From assembly GCA_965222115.1 (NCBI GenBank), contig CBDCTJ010000007.1, forward strand, positions 2,496,001 to 2,560,000: a DNA stretch of 64,000 nucleotides, written 5' to 3'. The translations under genes were made by a program, and so were the position numbers. The DNA comes from Planctomycetota bacterium (GTDB lineage: Bacteria; Planctomycetota; PLA2; JAEUHO01). Under the pieces are notes generated by a model. The model had not been told where the DNA came from. It did no database searches and was given only the letters and a program-made list of their open reading frames with translations. Every line of letters begins with the position of its first letter. Position 1 is the first letter of the stretch. This document shows positions 29,756 to 40,002 of this stretch, piece by piece.

Positions 29756-31809
29756 ATCGCCTTCTGCAATGCTCAAGCTGTGTGACACGTGGTTGCGCAT
29801 GGTTCGCCGTCGCTGCGTTCATTGTGCTGCTGGCCGCGCCCTGCTCCTTCGCGACCGACCAGGAGCCGCCCCGACCCACGCAATGGAATGAGGACGATGT
29901 TGAGCGGTTTGCTCGCATACCCATTCAGCACGATGGTCGCATCAAGCCCATGCTTACGTTTGCGCGGTTCACGCTCCTGACCATGAGCGGTCGCAGCAGT
30001 GTGCGCTATGACGTGGACGGAGAAACCATCAAACGCGGGCCCGTCGAATGGTTGATGGACACGCTCTTCACCGAGGATGTGGCCAAAACGCAGCCCATCT
30101 TTTTGGTGGAAGACTGGCAAGTGCTCGAAGCGATTGGCATCAAGGGCAAGATCGAAAAGAAGCGCGATCGATACTCGTGGCTCGACCTGCGACCCGCGCG
30201 CAGTGAGCTTATGCGGCAGGGCCAGGCGCTCAGCAAGGCGGAGCGCGATGGGAAGAAGCTCTCGCGTATTCCGCGCCAAGTGCTAAATCTCGCCGAAAGC
30301 GTAAACAAATTTGAGCGCTTGCTGGATGCGATGGCGTTCGCTACTGCGTCCATCGACGTTCGAAATCTTGCCAAACACTTTGACGCCTTCAAGGAAAAGA
30401 CGTCAATCGATGCCATGGCGTTTCTTCCGCATGTGGCGAAACTTGCTTCCGTGGTTGCTAAGGCGGACCCCAAAGCGCTTGAGGCCATTGCACGTGGTAC
30501 GTCGCTGCCCGACGGCTTGAGTGCAGAGGCGACGGCGGCCGCCGAGGCGCTTCGAAGCTACGACCGGGCCCTGTTAGGCGCCGATATGTTGGCGGTTGTT
30601 CCACCACCCACGAATCCGGAAGTCCACGATGAGTGGCTGACGCTGGATGAAGGCGCTCAGTACGCGGTCTCCACGTTTCTATCAAGCGCCGACGCAGCAA
30701 CGCAAGCGATTAGCAAGACAGATGCCGTTGACTTGGTGCGCGCCTGGAGTGCCATGGGCCAAGCCGCAGGTACACCGGAAACAATCGGCAGCCATATCGA
30801 GAAGGCCCACACGCTTGCCAGTCGTTTGGCAGGCGCCCGGGGTGAGATCGACAACGTTGAGCTTGAGGCGCGCTACTATCGTCTCGATCCGCTCTTCAAA
30901 TCCCATATGCTCTATATCGTTGCATTCGTGCTCTTTGCCTTGACGTGGTTCGCGCCACGTTCCAAGTGGCTCTTCCGCATTGCGGTTGCCTGCGTGAGCG
31001 CCGCGCTGATTCTGCACATCTTCGGCATTGTGATTCGCTCTATCATTCGCGGTCGGCCCCCGGTGAGCACGCTTTACGAAACGGTCCTCTTTGTTTCGGC
31101 CGGCGCCGCCCTTACGCTGCTGGTCATTGAGTTTCTCAACCGCAAGCGCATTGCGGTGGTTTTGGCGTCGTTACTCGGCGCTGCCGGACTCTGGCTGGCC
31201 AGTGGTTATGAGGAACTCGTCAAGACCGACACCATGCCGCAACTCGTGGCGGTACTCAACACCAACTTTTGGCTCGCCGTTCATGTGACTACCGTCACGT
31301 TTGGGTATGCGGCTGGTTTGATGGCGGCATGCGTGGCTCACGTGCATGTGCTGGGCCGCATATTCGGCTTTAAAAAGCACGATCCCGGGTTTTACCGCGA
31401 TCTCAACCGCATGACGTATGGCCTGATCTGCTTCGGTTTGCTCTTTAGTATCTTCGGCACTATGACCGGCGGCATTTGGGCCAACGATTCGTGGGGTCGC
31501 TTCTGGGGTTGGGATCCCAAGGAAAACGGCGCATTGATGATCTGCCTTGTCGAACTCGCCATTCTTCACGGTCGCATGGGGGGCTATATCAAGCAGTTTG
31601 GCATTGCCATGAGTTCCATCGTATTGGGCGTGATCGTGGCCTTTAGCTGGTGGCACGTCAACCAACTCGACTACGGCTTGCATAGCTACGGACGCACCGA
31701 GGGCATCATGAGCGCGCTCAAAATCTTCTACATCGTGGAGACGGCAATCTTGAGTGGCGGCGTCGTTTGGTGGCTTCAGCAGCGCGGCGCAAAAGCACTT
31801 GAGGCATAA
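29752..31809 (+). CDS. ccsA: cytochrome c biogenesis protein CcsA/ResC (system II)
   Basis: WWD domain GGIWANDSWGRFWGWDPKEN, WLAVHV, GLHSY, PVSTLYE. Confidence 0.92.
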   Translation: MNRLLQCSSCVTRGCAWFAVAAFIVLLAAPCSFATDQEPPRPTQWNEDDVERFARIPIQHDGRIKPMLTFARFTLLTMSGRSSVRYDVDGETIKRGPVEWLMDTLFTEDVAKTQPIFLVEDWQVLEAIGIKGKIEKKRDRYSWLDLRPARSELMRQGQALSKAERDGKKLSRIPRQVLNLAESVNKFERLLDAMAFATASIDVRNLAKHFDAFKEKTSIDAMAFLPHVAKLASVVAKADPKALEAIARGTSLPDGLSAEATAAAEALRSYDRALLGADMLAVVPPPTNPEVHDEWLTLDEGAQYAVSTFLSSADAATQAISKTDAVDLVRAWSAMGQAAGTPETIGSHIEKAHTLASRLAGARGEIDNVELEARYYRLDPLFKSHMLYIVAFVLFALTWFAPRSKWLFRIAVACVSAALILHIFGIVIRSIIRGRPPVSTLYETVLFVSAGAALTLLVIEFLNRKRIAVVLASLLGAAGLWLASGYEELVKTDTMPQLVAVLNTNFWLAVHVTTVTFGYAAGLMAACVAHVHVLGRIFGFKKHDPGFYRDLNRMTYGLICFGLLFSIFGTMTGGIWANDSWGRFWGWDPKENGALMICLVELAILHGRMGGYIKQFGIAMSSIVLGVIVAFSWWHVNQLDYGLHSYGRTEGIMSALKIFYIVETAILSGGVVWWLQQRGAKALEA

Positions 31810-31833
31810 CCGGTTCGTTAGCTTTGGCCCGGG

Positions 31834-32012
31834 CTAGGCTCTGTCTGAAAACTCCTCTACTACGCAATCCGATCCTCTCGCTGCGAGTCGCGTCCCTTCG
31901 AAATTGCCGTCCTCGACGTGAACAGACCACGCCTGCGGGCCAATTTCTTGGTCCATCGACTCTCGCATCGGTCTCGAATCGCTCGTCACGAGGCTTTTCA
32001 GACAGAGCCTAG
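31834..32012. mobile_element. MITE-like palindromic element (~180 bp)
   Basis: Perfect terminal inverted repeats CTAGGCTCTGTCTGAAAA ... TTTTCAGACAGAGCCTAG, nested internal palindromes, no transposase. Confidence 0.8.
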
Positions 32013-33646
32013 AAATCGAACGATAGCCCTACAAAGAACGTGTGCGTCAAGATGCTCTCATCCTTCAAAGTGGCGGGCACAGCACCGCTCGCGGTATTGC
32101 TCCAGTCGAGCGCGCTGTTGACATCCACAATGCCGTCTAGATAGAGCAAGCTGTAACCTACGCTCACGCCCACGCTGTCTGAGATGGGCGCACGTATGCC
32201 CATTTCGATCTCACCTCCCCACGCAAAGATTGAGTCGTCGTCATCAGACTTTGTGGTTCCGCTTGCCACGATCGCGCGCTGCTCACTTTCAAGGTCGCGC
32301 CACGCGATGCCGCCAAACGCCTTTGCAGAGATTTCCAGATTTACGTCATCGGTAAGTTTGAATTCGGCGCCGATTCCACCCTGGGCGCCGATAAATGTCG
32401 TGGACGCCTCGACATCTAATCTCGGTGCCCCTACAAAGGCAGGGTTGATGGGGGCCGCAAAGTCGATGACCGACCCATCTTCATTGACCACGATGCCCCG
32501 AACCCCGATGATGCCGTCAACATCCGCTGTTCGAGACGACGAAAGCTGAGGGCGATAGCTTATCTCGCCATGAAACACGTCGAGGTCGCGAGCCACGCGC
32601 GCGGCGTTGAGCGGTGTTGTGGTGACCACACCGCCGGGTGTGTCCGAGTAGGTAAATGTGGCTCGCTGCCGGGTGATATCGTCAAACCCGCCAAGGTAGG
32701 TGAACTGTGCGTGCAGACGCGAATCGGCACCGGTGCGCAGCATGAGTCCAGCGCGCCCCCCAAAGCGACCGTCGTAGTTCAGTTCATCCCAGTGAAAGCC
32801 CGCCAGCGGCCCCGGAAGGGCGATGATGTCCTCGGGATCGTCCGCTGGAAGCGTATAGGCGCCTTGAATCGTCAGTCGTGACGTGTTGCGTCGAACCACG
32901 GAAATAGAGCGCCCAACGGGCCCCAGCGGTGGCGGCAAGCTCTCGGGCAAAGGTGGCACGGGCGTGTTGATCGGACGTCCAAACTCATCCACAAGTTGTT
33001 CTTGTGATTGGGGTGGTGGGGTGCGCGGTGGCATTCGTGGGGCGTAGGTAATCGGTGGTGAAACTACCGTGTTGGGTCGCGTCTCACGGAAACCTTGTGA
33101 ACTCGTTCCTCGCGGTACCGGCACGATGGGCGGCGACACAACAACGGGGGGTTGGTTGTAGGGCGGTGCCGTCGTTGTTTCGGGCGGAAAGGTTCCCGGT
33201 GGATAGCGCCGTGTTGTCGATGGATGCCCGCGATAGGGATTCACATTTGGGTCTACCGGTGCGAAACGCGGCGGCGCCGTATAGATGTCGGCATCTGTGT
33301 TTGGAACCTGCGGAGGCAACGCGCGAGGCGGCGCTAATGGATCGGGCATGGTTCCCGGAAGTGCAGGGAGTCCTTCGTCAAGTCCTCGCTCGGGAGGTAT
33401 CTGCGGGAGGGGGCGTGTGTGTCGAGGCGTTCCGGCCGGTGCTGTGGGAAACGTTGAAAAGCCCGTAAATGGTTTACCTGGCGTGGCGGGGCGGGGACGC
33501 GTAGGTGGCGTATAGGGCGTGGGCGCTGCGCCGGGTCGAGCACGCGTATCGTACTCATCGTCCGTGCCCGGGCTGAAGTCATCAGCGAGCGCGTTCGGCG
33601 TAACGCACGGCAGAGCGACACACGCGATGGAAAGCGCGGCGGGCAT
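32009..33646 (-). CDS. BBP7-like outer-membrane beta-barrel protein with Pro-rich N-terminus
   Basis: Signal peptide ending ALA, ~200-aa Pro-rich region, amphipathic strands, GYSLLYLDGI, terminal GLSFDF; start uncertain. Confidence 0.7.
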   Translation of the reverse strand: MPAALSIACVALPCVTPNALADDFSPGTDDEYDTRARPGAAPTPYTPPTRPRPATPGKPFTGFSTFPTAPAGTPRHTRPLPQIPPERGLDEGLPALPGTMPDPLAPPRALPPQVPNTDADIYTAPPRFAPVDPNVNPYRGHPSTTRRYPPGTFPPETTTAPPYNQPPVVVSPPIVPVPRGTSSQGFRETRPNTVVSPPITYAPRMPPRTPPPQSQEQLVDEFGRPINTPVPPLPESLPPPLGPVGRSISVVRRNTSRLTIQGAYTLPADDPEDIIALPGPLAGFHWDELNYDGRFGGRAGLMLRTGADSRLHAQFTYLGGFDDITRQRATFTYSDTPGGVVTTTPLNAARVARDLDVFHGEISYRPQLSSSRTADVDGIIGVRGIVVNEDGSVIDFAAPINPAFVGAPRLDVEASTTFIGAQGGIGAEFKLTDDVNLEISAKAFGGIAWRDLESEQRAIVASGTTKSDDDDSIFAWGGEIEMGIRAPISDSVGVSVGYSLLYLDGIVDVNSALDWSNTASGAVPATLKDESILTHTFFVGLSFDF

Positions 33647-33969
33647 GAGTGCTCGCCAAAGCGAGCGACCGACCGTTTGCCGAACGGCGAACGGCTCAGA
33701 ACATGGGTCGGTGCTTAACACGCTCCCTCCCAAGTGGCGTGAGTCCATTCCAAACAGATCGGTTGCTTCGCCCACAAACTCTGGACGGACAACCACAATT
33801 GGGCACGCATCTTAGCCGTTCTGCGCAGCGTGCAGCCTTGAGATGTCGCCGCGCGTTGCCGCAAAACAATCAAGACCCTAACGCGGTCGTCATCGCTTCG
33901 TATCACGTTTGATTGGCGGGTCCACGGCTCATGTCCGATGAATGAAGTGTACGGCACGGAGGCTCGCGC

Positions 33970-34425
33970 ATTTCCGTCACGCTCTCGCTTGCTGTTCTCG
34001 TGGTATCGCTTTGCTTCGTAGTGGGCGCATTGCTTGTTGTGCGCCGTACGCGCGTTCAGCGAACGCGAAGCACGAAACGCACTCGTCGTTTGGGGCGACG
34101 AGGCGAAGAACGCGCATGGCGCATACTTCAGAATGCGGGGTACCGCATTGTGGAACGCGAATGCGTCGCTGAAGGCGTGCTCGCCGTGGACGGGGTCGAG
34201 GTGCGCTACGCCGTCCGCGCCGACGCCATCGTTGCGCGCAAAGGGAAGATGTACGTTGCCGAGGCAAAGGGCGGCGATGTGTCGGCGAAGATTTCAACAC
34301 GCGCGACACGACGGCAACTCATGGAGTACGCCTGGATCTTCCCGGTCGATGGGGTGCTGCTGGTGGACAGTCACAATCGACGTATTCACACCATTCACTT
34401 TGTCCGCCGTGCGCGAGCCAATTGA
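33970..34425 (+). CDS. membrane-anchored PD-(D/E)XK nuclease-like protein (YraN-like)
   Basis: TM helix, GRRGEERA..L...GY.I, RAD, VAEAK, RRQL.EY; start at ATT 33970 (GGAGG upstream) or GTG 34000. Confidence 0.7.
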   Translation: MSVTLSLAVLVVSLCFVVGALLVVRRTRVQRTRSTKRTRRLGRRGEERAWRILQNAGYRIVERECVAEGVLAVDGVEVRYAVRADAIVARKGKMYVAEAKGGDVSAKISTRATRRQLMEYAWIFPVDGVLLVDSHNRRIHTIHFVRRARAN

Positions 34426-34563
34426 TAATGAATCGGTTGCGCAGTCGCCTGTCTTTAGTCGCTAATAATTCACGTTTGGAGATGAGTGGTGCCCTGGACA
34501 AGCGCACGAACGGGATACAATCGAGGTCCACGTCCGCCGTGGTATTGCGTGAAGGAGCAAGTC

Positions 34564-35364
34564 GTGGTTCGCCCTGTCGCATTGCGTGCCGTGTTCGCCT
34601 TCGTCATCTTGATGGCGTTTGGCACATTCGTTTCGACGTCTGCGTACGCCAGCGATGCATGGGCCGTGGGCGACGACGAGCGTGACGAGTGGCGACCGCG
34701 CTCACCCCATCGCGTTGAAATTGATTGCAGTGTTGTTGCGGAGCAATTAGTTCGTCAGATTCGCGTTCGCGATCGGGACACATTCGGGCATATCGCCAAG
34801 CGGGAACTCGGTTCGGTTCGTCAAGTGCACCGCATCCGTGAACTCAATCCGGGCATTATGCCCACGCGTATTCGTCCCGGACAGGCCCTTTGGCTACCGC
34901 CTCGAAACGGCGGCTATGCCCTCTTCCTTTGGCATACGGATGGCGACAACATAGAGCTCAGCTCCTATGCGCCCGGTCAAGAGGTCCCCGACAGCGCCGA
35001 CGAGTTTTCGATTGTGGCTGTACCCACCGGCAAGCTCGAATCGTTTCGCAAGTGGCAGCGTTCTGCCAGCACACCCGTCGACCCTGCGCACATTGCTCAC
35101 GCCATGCATTCGCCGGTCATGCGCCGCCCCACATCGTCAAGCGTCGCCTCCGGTACAGATACCACGTTGACCACGTGCCGGCTCACGGCCATTGGCGACG
35201 ACGGTGTGTCCGTGGAGCGTTCCACGCGATCGTACGACCGTCAAGGGCGCCCGCTTGTTGCGCGCTCGCGCGGACAGGGGCTGGGCCTCCTGATTTCGGC
35301 CTTTGTGGTCGTGCTTTTGGCAGGTGTGGTGATTGTCCTGGCCTATCGACTTGAGCGGACGTGA
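34564..35364 (+). CDS. LysM-domain protein with C-terminal membrane anchor
   Basis: Signal peptide (AYA), VRDRDTFGHIAKRELG...IRELNP...IRPGQALWLP, C-terminal TM. Confidence 0.75.
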   Translation: MVRPVALRAVFAFVILMAFGTFVSTSAYASDAWAVGDDERDEWRPRSPHRVEIDCSVVAEQLVRQIRVRDRDTFGHIAKRELGSVRQVHRIRELNPGIMPTRIRPGQALWLPPRNGGYALFLWHTDGDNIELSSYAPGQEVPDSADEFSIVAVPTGKLESFRKWQRSASTPVDPAHIAHAMHSPVMRRPTSSSVASGTDTTLTTCRLTAIGDDGVSVERSTRSYDRQGRPLVARSRGQGLGLLISAFVVVLLAGVVIVLAYRLERT

Positions 35365-35524
35365 CGCACTCAAAACCGACGCAGTTCATACCCACCCTCG
35401 CAAACCCGTCCTCGTAAACCCTGGGAACGCACGCTCAGGATTGGGGGACGTATGTCGTACGATGTACGTTGCCTTCCGCCGTTCGGGGCACCCAAACGTC
35501 TCTTATTATGGAGTGAATTGACTC

Positions 35525-36373
35525 GTGCGATCGTATCTGGATCTACTTCGAGAGGTACTGGAGGAAGGCAGCGGTCGCGACGATCGCACCGGTACGGGAA
35601 CGCGCAGTCTCTTTGGACGGCAGCTTCGTTTCAACCTACGCGATCACTTCCCATTGCTCACGACCAAGAAAGTGCATGTGCACTCGGTGATCGTGGAATT
35701 GCTCTGGTTCTTGCGTGGCGACACGCACGTCAAGTGGCTTCAAGATCGCAAGGTACGGATCTGGAATGAATGGGCCACAGAAGAACAGTGCGCGCGGTTT
35801 GGACGCCAAGCGGGTGACTTGGGCCCCGTGTATGGGCATCAGTGGCGCAATTTTGGTGCCACGCGCGGCGCCGACGGCTCGTACAACCGCGATGGCGTCG
35901 ATCAGATCAAGCGGGTTGTTGCTTCCATTCGCGACAACCCCACGAGTCGGCGACATTTGGTAAGCGGTTGGAACCCTGCGGAGGCCGACCAGGTTGCCCT
36001 GCCACCGTGTCATACGCTGTTTCAATTCTACGTAGACAACGAAAAGCGCGAACTTTCGTGTCAGCTCTACCAACGCAGTGCCGACATTTTTTTGGGTGTG
36101 CCCTTCAATATCGCAAGCTACAGCTTGCTCACCGCGATGATTGCGCACGTGTGTGAACTTTTGCCGGGGGACTTCGTCCACACATTTGGTGATGTGCATC
36201 TCTACAACAATCACGTCGAACAAGCAAAGACCCAGTTGGCTCGCACGCCGACGAAGCCACCCACACTCAAGCTGAACGAGTCCGTGAAGGATCTGTTTTC
36301 GTTTACGCCCGACGACATTCAGATCGTTGACTACAACCCCGCGCCCGCCATTCGCGCGCCCGTGTCGGTGTAG
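35525..36373 (+). CDS. thyA: thymidylate synthase
   Basis: DRTGTGT, ELLWFL, LPPCH, YQRSAD..LGVPFN, HLY.NH. Confidence 0.97.
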   Translation: MRSYLDLLREVLEEGSGRDDRTGTGTRSLFGRQLRFNLRDHFPLLTTKKVHVHSVIVELLWFLRGDTHVKWLQDRKVRIWNEWATEEQCARFGRQAGDLGPVYGHQWRNFGATRGADGSYNRDGVDQIKRVVASIRDNPTSRRHLVSGWNPAEADQVALPPCHTLFQFYVDNEKRELSCQLYQRSADIFLGVPFNIASYSLLTAMIAHVCELLPGDFVHTFGDVHLYNNHVEQAKTQLARTPTKPPTLKLNESVKDLFSFTPDDIQIVDYNPAPAIRAPVSV

Positions 36374-36375
36374 GC

Positions 36376-36858
36376 ATGAGTCCCCTTTCGTTGGTGGTGG
36401 CCTGGGCCGAAAACCAAGTCATTGGCAAAGACGGCAAGATGCCGTGGCATTTCACCGAGGACATGAAACATTTCAAGCGTGTGACGACGGGTCACGCGGT
36501 CATCATGGGGCGTAAGACGCACGAATCGATCGGTATGGTGTTGCCCGGGCGACGAAACATTGTGTTGTCACGCAACAAGGCCTACGAATCCGAAGGTTGC
36601 GACGTCGCACACAGTTGGGCGTTGGCGCTCAACCTCGCGCGCGAAAAAGACTCGGATCCACGCGTGATTGGCGGGGCCGAAATCTATCGCATGGCGCTGC
36701 CCCACGTGACCACCTTTCATGTGACGCGAGTTGGCCTTGCCGTGGAAGGTGATACACACTTTCCCTACCTCGACTTCACGCGATTGGCACTCCGCGAACA
36801 TCGTAAGGGCGAGACGCCCGAGCTAACGTTTCAGCGCTACGAGCGACGCCACACGTGA
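36376..36858 (+). CDS. folA: dihydrofolate reductase
   Basis: VIG..G.MPW...D..HFK, MGRKT, LPGR.NIVLS, IGG, GDT.FP; follows thyA. Confidence 0.95.
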   Translation: MSPLSLVVAWAENQVIGKDGKMPWHFTEDMKHFKRVTTGHAVIMGRKTHESIGMVLPGRRNIVLSRNKAYESEGCDVAHSWALALNLAREKDSDPRVIGGAEIYRMALPHVTTFHVTRVGLAVEGDTHFPYLDFTRLALREHRKGETPELTFQRYERRHT

Positions 36859-36871
36859 GCATTCACTCACG

Positions 36872-37969
36872 CTATGACCAAAGCCATGCGCTCAGCGTCT
36901 TGTAGGCGTCATGGACCGCTTCACGAGGACACCACTCGCCAACTTGGTGGGCTTGTGCGCCGGCGCCCGGTCCGTAGTTGATGGCGTCCAGTCCGTGAAC
37001 CGAAAGGCGACCCACGTCTGTCCAGGCTTGTTTCGCCGACGTCGTCATGGGTGGGGACGTTGAGTTTTGCAACGCCAGCATGAGTTCGTTGTCTCCGCAG
37101 ACGCGTCCCGAGGGGCAAACGTCCCGGAGTTCGATCTCGAGCGCGCGTTCGTCTTCCACGGCCGCATGTTTGCGAATCCACGCTTGAATCCAGGCCACGG
37201 CGTCTTCGGGGGTGCGATCTGGCCCGTAACGGAAGTTGATGTTCACTGAACAGGCACCGGGAACAACATTTCGGGCGCCTACATAGTCGATCATGGTGGC
37301 GGAGCACACTTCAACGAAGCGGTGGCCGTGTTGCATGACTTCGCGTGGGGGCAGCGATCGCAGTGCATTCAAAAGGGGCGCGGCGAGGTGAATGGCGTTT
37401 TGACCCTGCCAAGGACGCGCCGAATGTGCACGTTTGCCTTTGAAGTGGGCGCAGGCGTGCAATGTGCCGAGACAGCCAAGTTCGATGCCGTTGTCGGTGG
37501 GTTCCATCGCAATTGCGAGGTCAATCTGTTCGAATGCTTCCGGCGCCGCGTCCATCACTTCGGGAAGCCCAGATGCGTGAAACGGGCCTTCTTCCCGAGC
37601 ATAGAGCACGCCAATCACATCGACGTCGGCTGACTGGGTAGCGGCGCGAGCCAAGAGCGCGAGGAGCACCGCGTCGGCGCATTTCATGTCCGAGGCACCC
37701 AACCCGTAGATTCGATTCCCCTCGATACGTGGGGGATTCTCATCGGAGCGCGGAACCGTATCCAAATGGCCCAACAACAAGACGCGCTGCTTATCCTTGC
37801 GCGGTGCGTGTGGGACGAGCAGCACATTGTCACCAATGCGCTCGACCCGATGAAACCCGCACGATTTCCCATAGTCCACCACAAACGACGCAAGTTCTGC
37901 CTCGTTGCCAATCTGGCTATCGATCGTTAGCAGGTTGAGGCAGAGACGCTCAAGATCGTCTCGCGACAT
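36872..37969 (-). CDS. dapE: succinyl-diaminopimelate desuccinylase (M20)
   Basis: GHLDTVP, G.GASDMK, REE, EPT, HSARPW.G.NA, WTD, AH; next to dapD. Confidence 0.85.
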   Translation of the reverse strand: MSRDDLERLCLNLLTIDSQIGNEAELASFVVDYGKSCGFHRVERIGDNVLLVPHAPRKDKQRVLLLGHLDTVPRSDENPPRIEGNRIYGLGASDMKCADAVLLALLARAATQSADVDVIGVLYAREEGPFHASGLPEVMDAAPEAFEQIDLAIAMEPTDNGIELGCLGTLHACAHFKGKRAHSARPWQGQNAIHLAAPLLNALRSLPPREVMQHGHRFVEVCSATMIDYVGARNVVPGACSVNINFRYGPDRTPEDAVAWIQAWIRKHAAVEDERALEIELRDVCPSGRVCGDNELMLALQNSTSPPMTTSAKQAWTDVGRLSVHGLDAINYGPGAGAQAHQVGEWCPREAVHDAYKTLSAWLWS

Positions 37970-37983
37970 GATGGCTGGCGACG

Positions 37984-38799
37984 TCACAGGGCAAAGGTCC
38001 GCAGCGTGTCGTTGAGTGAGGTCTTCTTGTCGGTACTCGCACTTCGCTCGCCAATGATCAATGCGCACGGGAGTTCGTACGTGCCACCGGGAAATTGGCG
38101 CGGGCGCGTACCCGGGATGACGACGGCGCCCGGGGGAACGGTTTGTTTCAACGTGACGGGGGTTTCAGTACGTACGTCGATAATGTGTGTGGATGCGGTG
38201 AGCACCACGTTGGCGCCAAGCACAGCGCCCTTACCGATGTGAACGCCCTCCACCACAATGCAGCGCGACCCAATGAAGCAATCGTCTTCGATAATGACGG
38301 GCCTTGCACCGGGCGGTTCCAGCACCCCACCAATACCAACACCACCACTCAGATGAACGCCGCGCCCAATCTGTGCACAGGAACCCACGGTGGCCCACGT
38401 ATCCACCATGGTGCCGGAGCCGACCCACGCTCCGATGTTCACGAAACCAGGCATCACGACGACGCCGCGTTCCAGAAACGATCCGTAGCGCACGACGCCA
38501 CCCGGAACCACGCGAATGCCCGCCTCCGCCAAGCCCGATTTAAGTGGCACCTTGTCGTGATACGCCGCAGGCCCCGCGTTCCACGCCTCCATCGGCGCAA
38601 CGGCGAAGTAGAGTGAGACGGCTTGCTGAATCCACGCGTGCACGGTCCACGAACCGTCGTCCTCCTGAGTGGCCACGCGCAATCGGCCTGCATCCAAGTC
38701 TGCAACTACCGAAAGCACCGCATCCTTGGCGTCTTGTTCGCGGAGCCGGTCGCGGTTTTCAAAGATCTCGGGAATCAATTCCGCGCGAACGTCTCTCAT
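37984..38799 (-). CDS. dapD: 2,3,4,5-tetrahydropyridine-2,6-dicarboxylate N-succinyltransferase
   Basis: DKVPLK, RVVP, VNIGA, MVDTWATVGSCAQIG, GGVLEP. Confidence 0.96.
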   Translation of the reverse strand: MRDVRAELIPEIFENRDRLREQDAKDAVLSVVADLDAGRLRVATQEDDGSWTVHAWIQQAVSLYFAVAPMEAWNAGPAAYHDKVPLKSGLAEAGIRVVPGGVVRYGSFLERGVVVMPGFVNIGAWVGSGTMVDTWATVGSCAQIGRGVHLSGGVGIGGVLEPPGARPVIIEDDCFIGSRCIVVEGVHIGKGAVLGANVVLTASTHIIDVRTETPVTLKQTVPPGAVVIPGTRPRQFPGGTYELPCALIIGERSASTDKKTSLNDTLRTFAL

Positions 38800-38883
38800 G
38801 GCACGACTCCTTGGGATGGGAGGGAGCTTGCCCGAAGTGGGGCGCGCGTCCAAGCAAGGCACCAACGAATTACCGTTGTGCCG

Positions 38884-40002
38884 TTATAGGGTGAGGGGCG
38901 CGACATCGTTGGGCAGGACGCGTTCAAGCCACGCGATGCTCTCGCCGCTCTCGGTGTCGCGTACGAGGCAGGTCGTCGTCGCATCATTGGATGTGCGCGC
39001 GCCGAAGCCAAGGCGCACGATGTGTGGACCGGGTCCCCACAGCGCCTCGGCCACGCGTTCGCGCCACGCATGGGCCACGATGCCCATCGTCATGCGCGCG
39101 TTGACTTCACTTATGGGCACGAGCTGTGGGTCCCCCTGATCGCGCCCGTGGACGTAGCCATCCACGCCGTAGGGTCCGAGTAGATCTAATTGGGAGACGA
39201 CCTGCTCCGCACACACTCGCATGGCCGATTGAATTTCGGTTCCCACGAGCATCGAAGGATCGTCGCTAGTGATGATGCTCTCTATCCCTCCCGCGCTGCT
39301 TGATGCGTGGCGATGAATCCAGGTGGGATGCATGCCGTTGCGATGTGTCGTCATACCCACGAGCGCCACGTCTTGAATCTGGTTTCGCCATGGCTCCACA
39401 ACCGCACCGCCGTGGCGTTGCACGAGCTTCTCGATTCGCTGGTGGAGCCGCGACGCGTCGCGACGATCCGCGCCGCGCAGCCGATCGCGCCCGGCCACAG
39501 AGAGGTCGCCTTTGACGACCCACGGTGCGTGCCACACGTCGTGATCGAGATCGACGTCTCCGATGGTTCGTAACGCCATAGATTCATTGAGGCCCAGTTC
39601 GCTAAGTGTCGTCCGTCGATTCGCATGGATGCGTTCATCGGTCGTCATTGCTGTCGGCTGCCAAATCGCTTCCGCGATGGCATCTGGCTTGCTATGAATC
39701 GTGGGGGCGACACCGATCGCGCCACACGACCAATCGAGCGTTGCGTCGTCGTGCCGTGGCGGCTCGCCCGCTTTCGTATGAATCCGTGCAATGCCCGGGA
39801 GATCCGGCATCGAGTTCACGTCAACCGGTTCTAGCGACCACAGGGTGTCTCCGTCTTGCGCAAACACGCGCAGGAGAGTTCCGAGCAAACTCAGTCGGCG
39901 TCGTAAGGGGTGAGGCAAGGCATTGCTAGGTTGATTTGACCGTGTGGGTCCGCGTAACCATCGCGACTCAACGTCAAGCGACGCCACAATGTGACGCGTC
40001 AT
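38884..40002 (-). CDS. ATP-grasp-like hypothetical protein
   Basis: PWVVKG..S.AGR, VVEPW, GPYGVD, SEVNARMTMG. Confidence 0.65.
   Translation of the reverse strand: MTRHIVASLDVESRWLRGPTRSNQPSNALPHPLRRRLSLLGTLLRVFAQDGDTLWSLEPVDVNSMPDLPGIARIHTKAGEPPRHDDATLDWSCGAIGVAPTIHSKPDAIAEAIWQPTAMTTDERIHANRRTTLSELGLNESMALRTIGDVDLDHDVWHAPWVVKGDLSVAGRDRLRGADRRDASRLHQRIEKLVQRHGGAVVEPWRNQIQDVALVGMTTHRNGMHPTWIHRHASSSAGGIESIITSDDPSMLVGTEIQSAMRVCAEQVVSQLDLLGPYGVDGYVHGRDQGDPQLVPISEVNARMTMGIVAHAWRERVAEALWGPGPHIVRLGFGARTSNDATTTCLVRDTESGESIAWLERVLPNDVAPLTL

Noticed and set aside
33931-33945. ATG-TCC-GAT-GAA-TGA in frame with the nuclease-like gene (second possible Sec codon)
   Set aside because: No Cys/redox context or clear hairpin; a GGAGG RBS lies downstream of the TGA, favouring a later start
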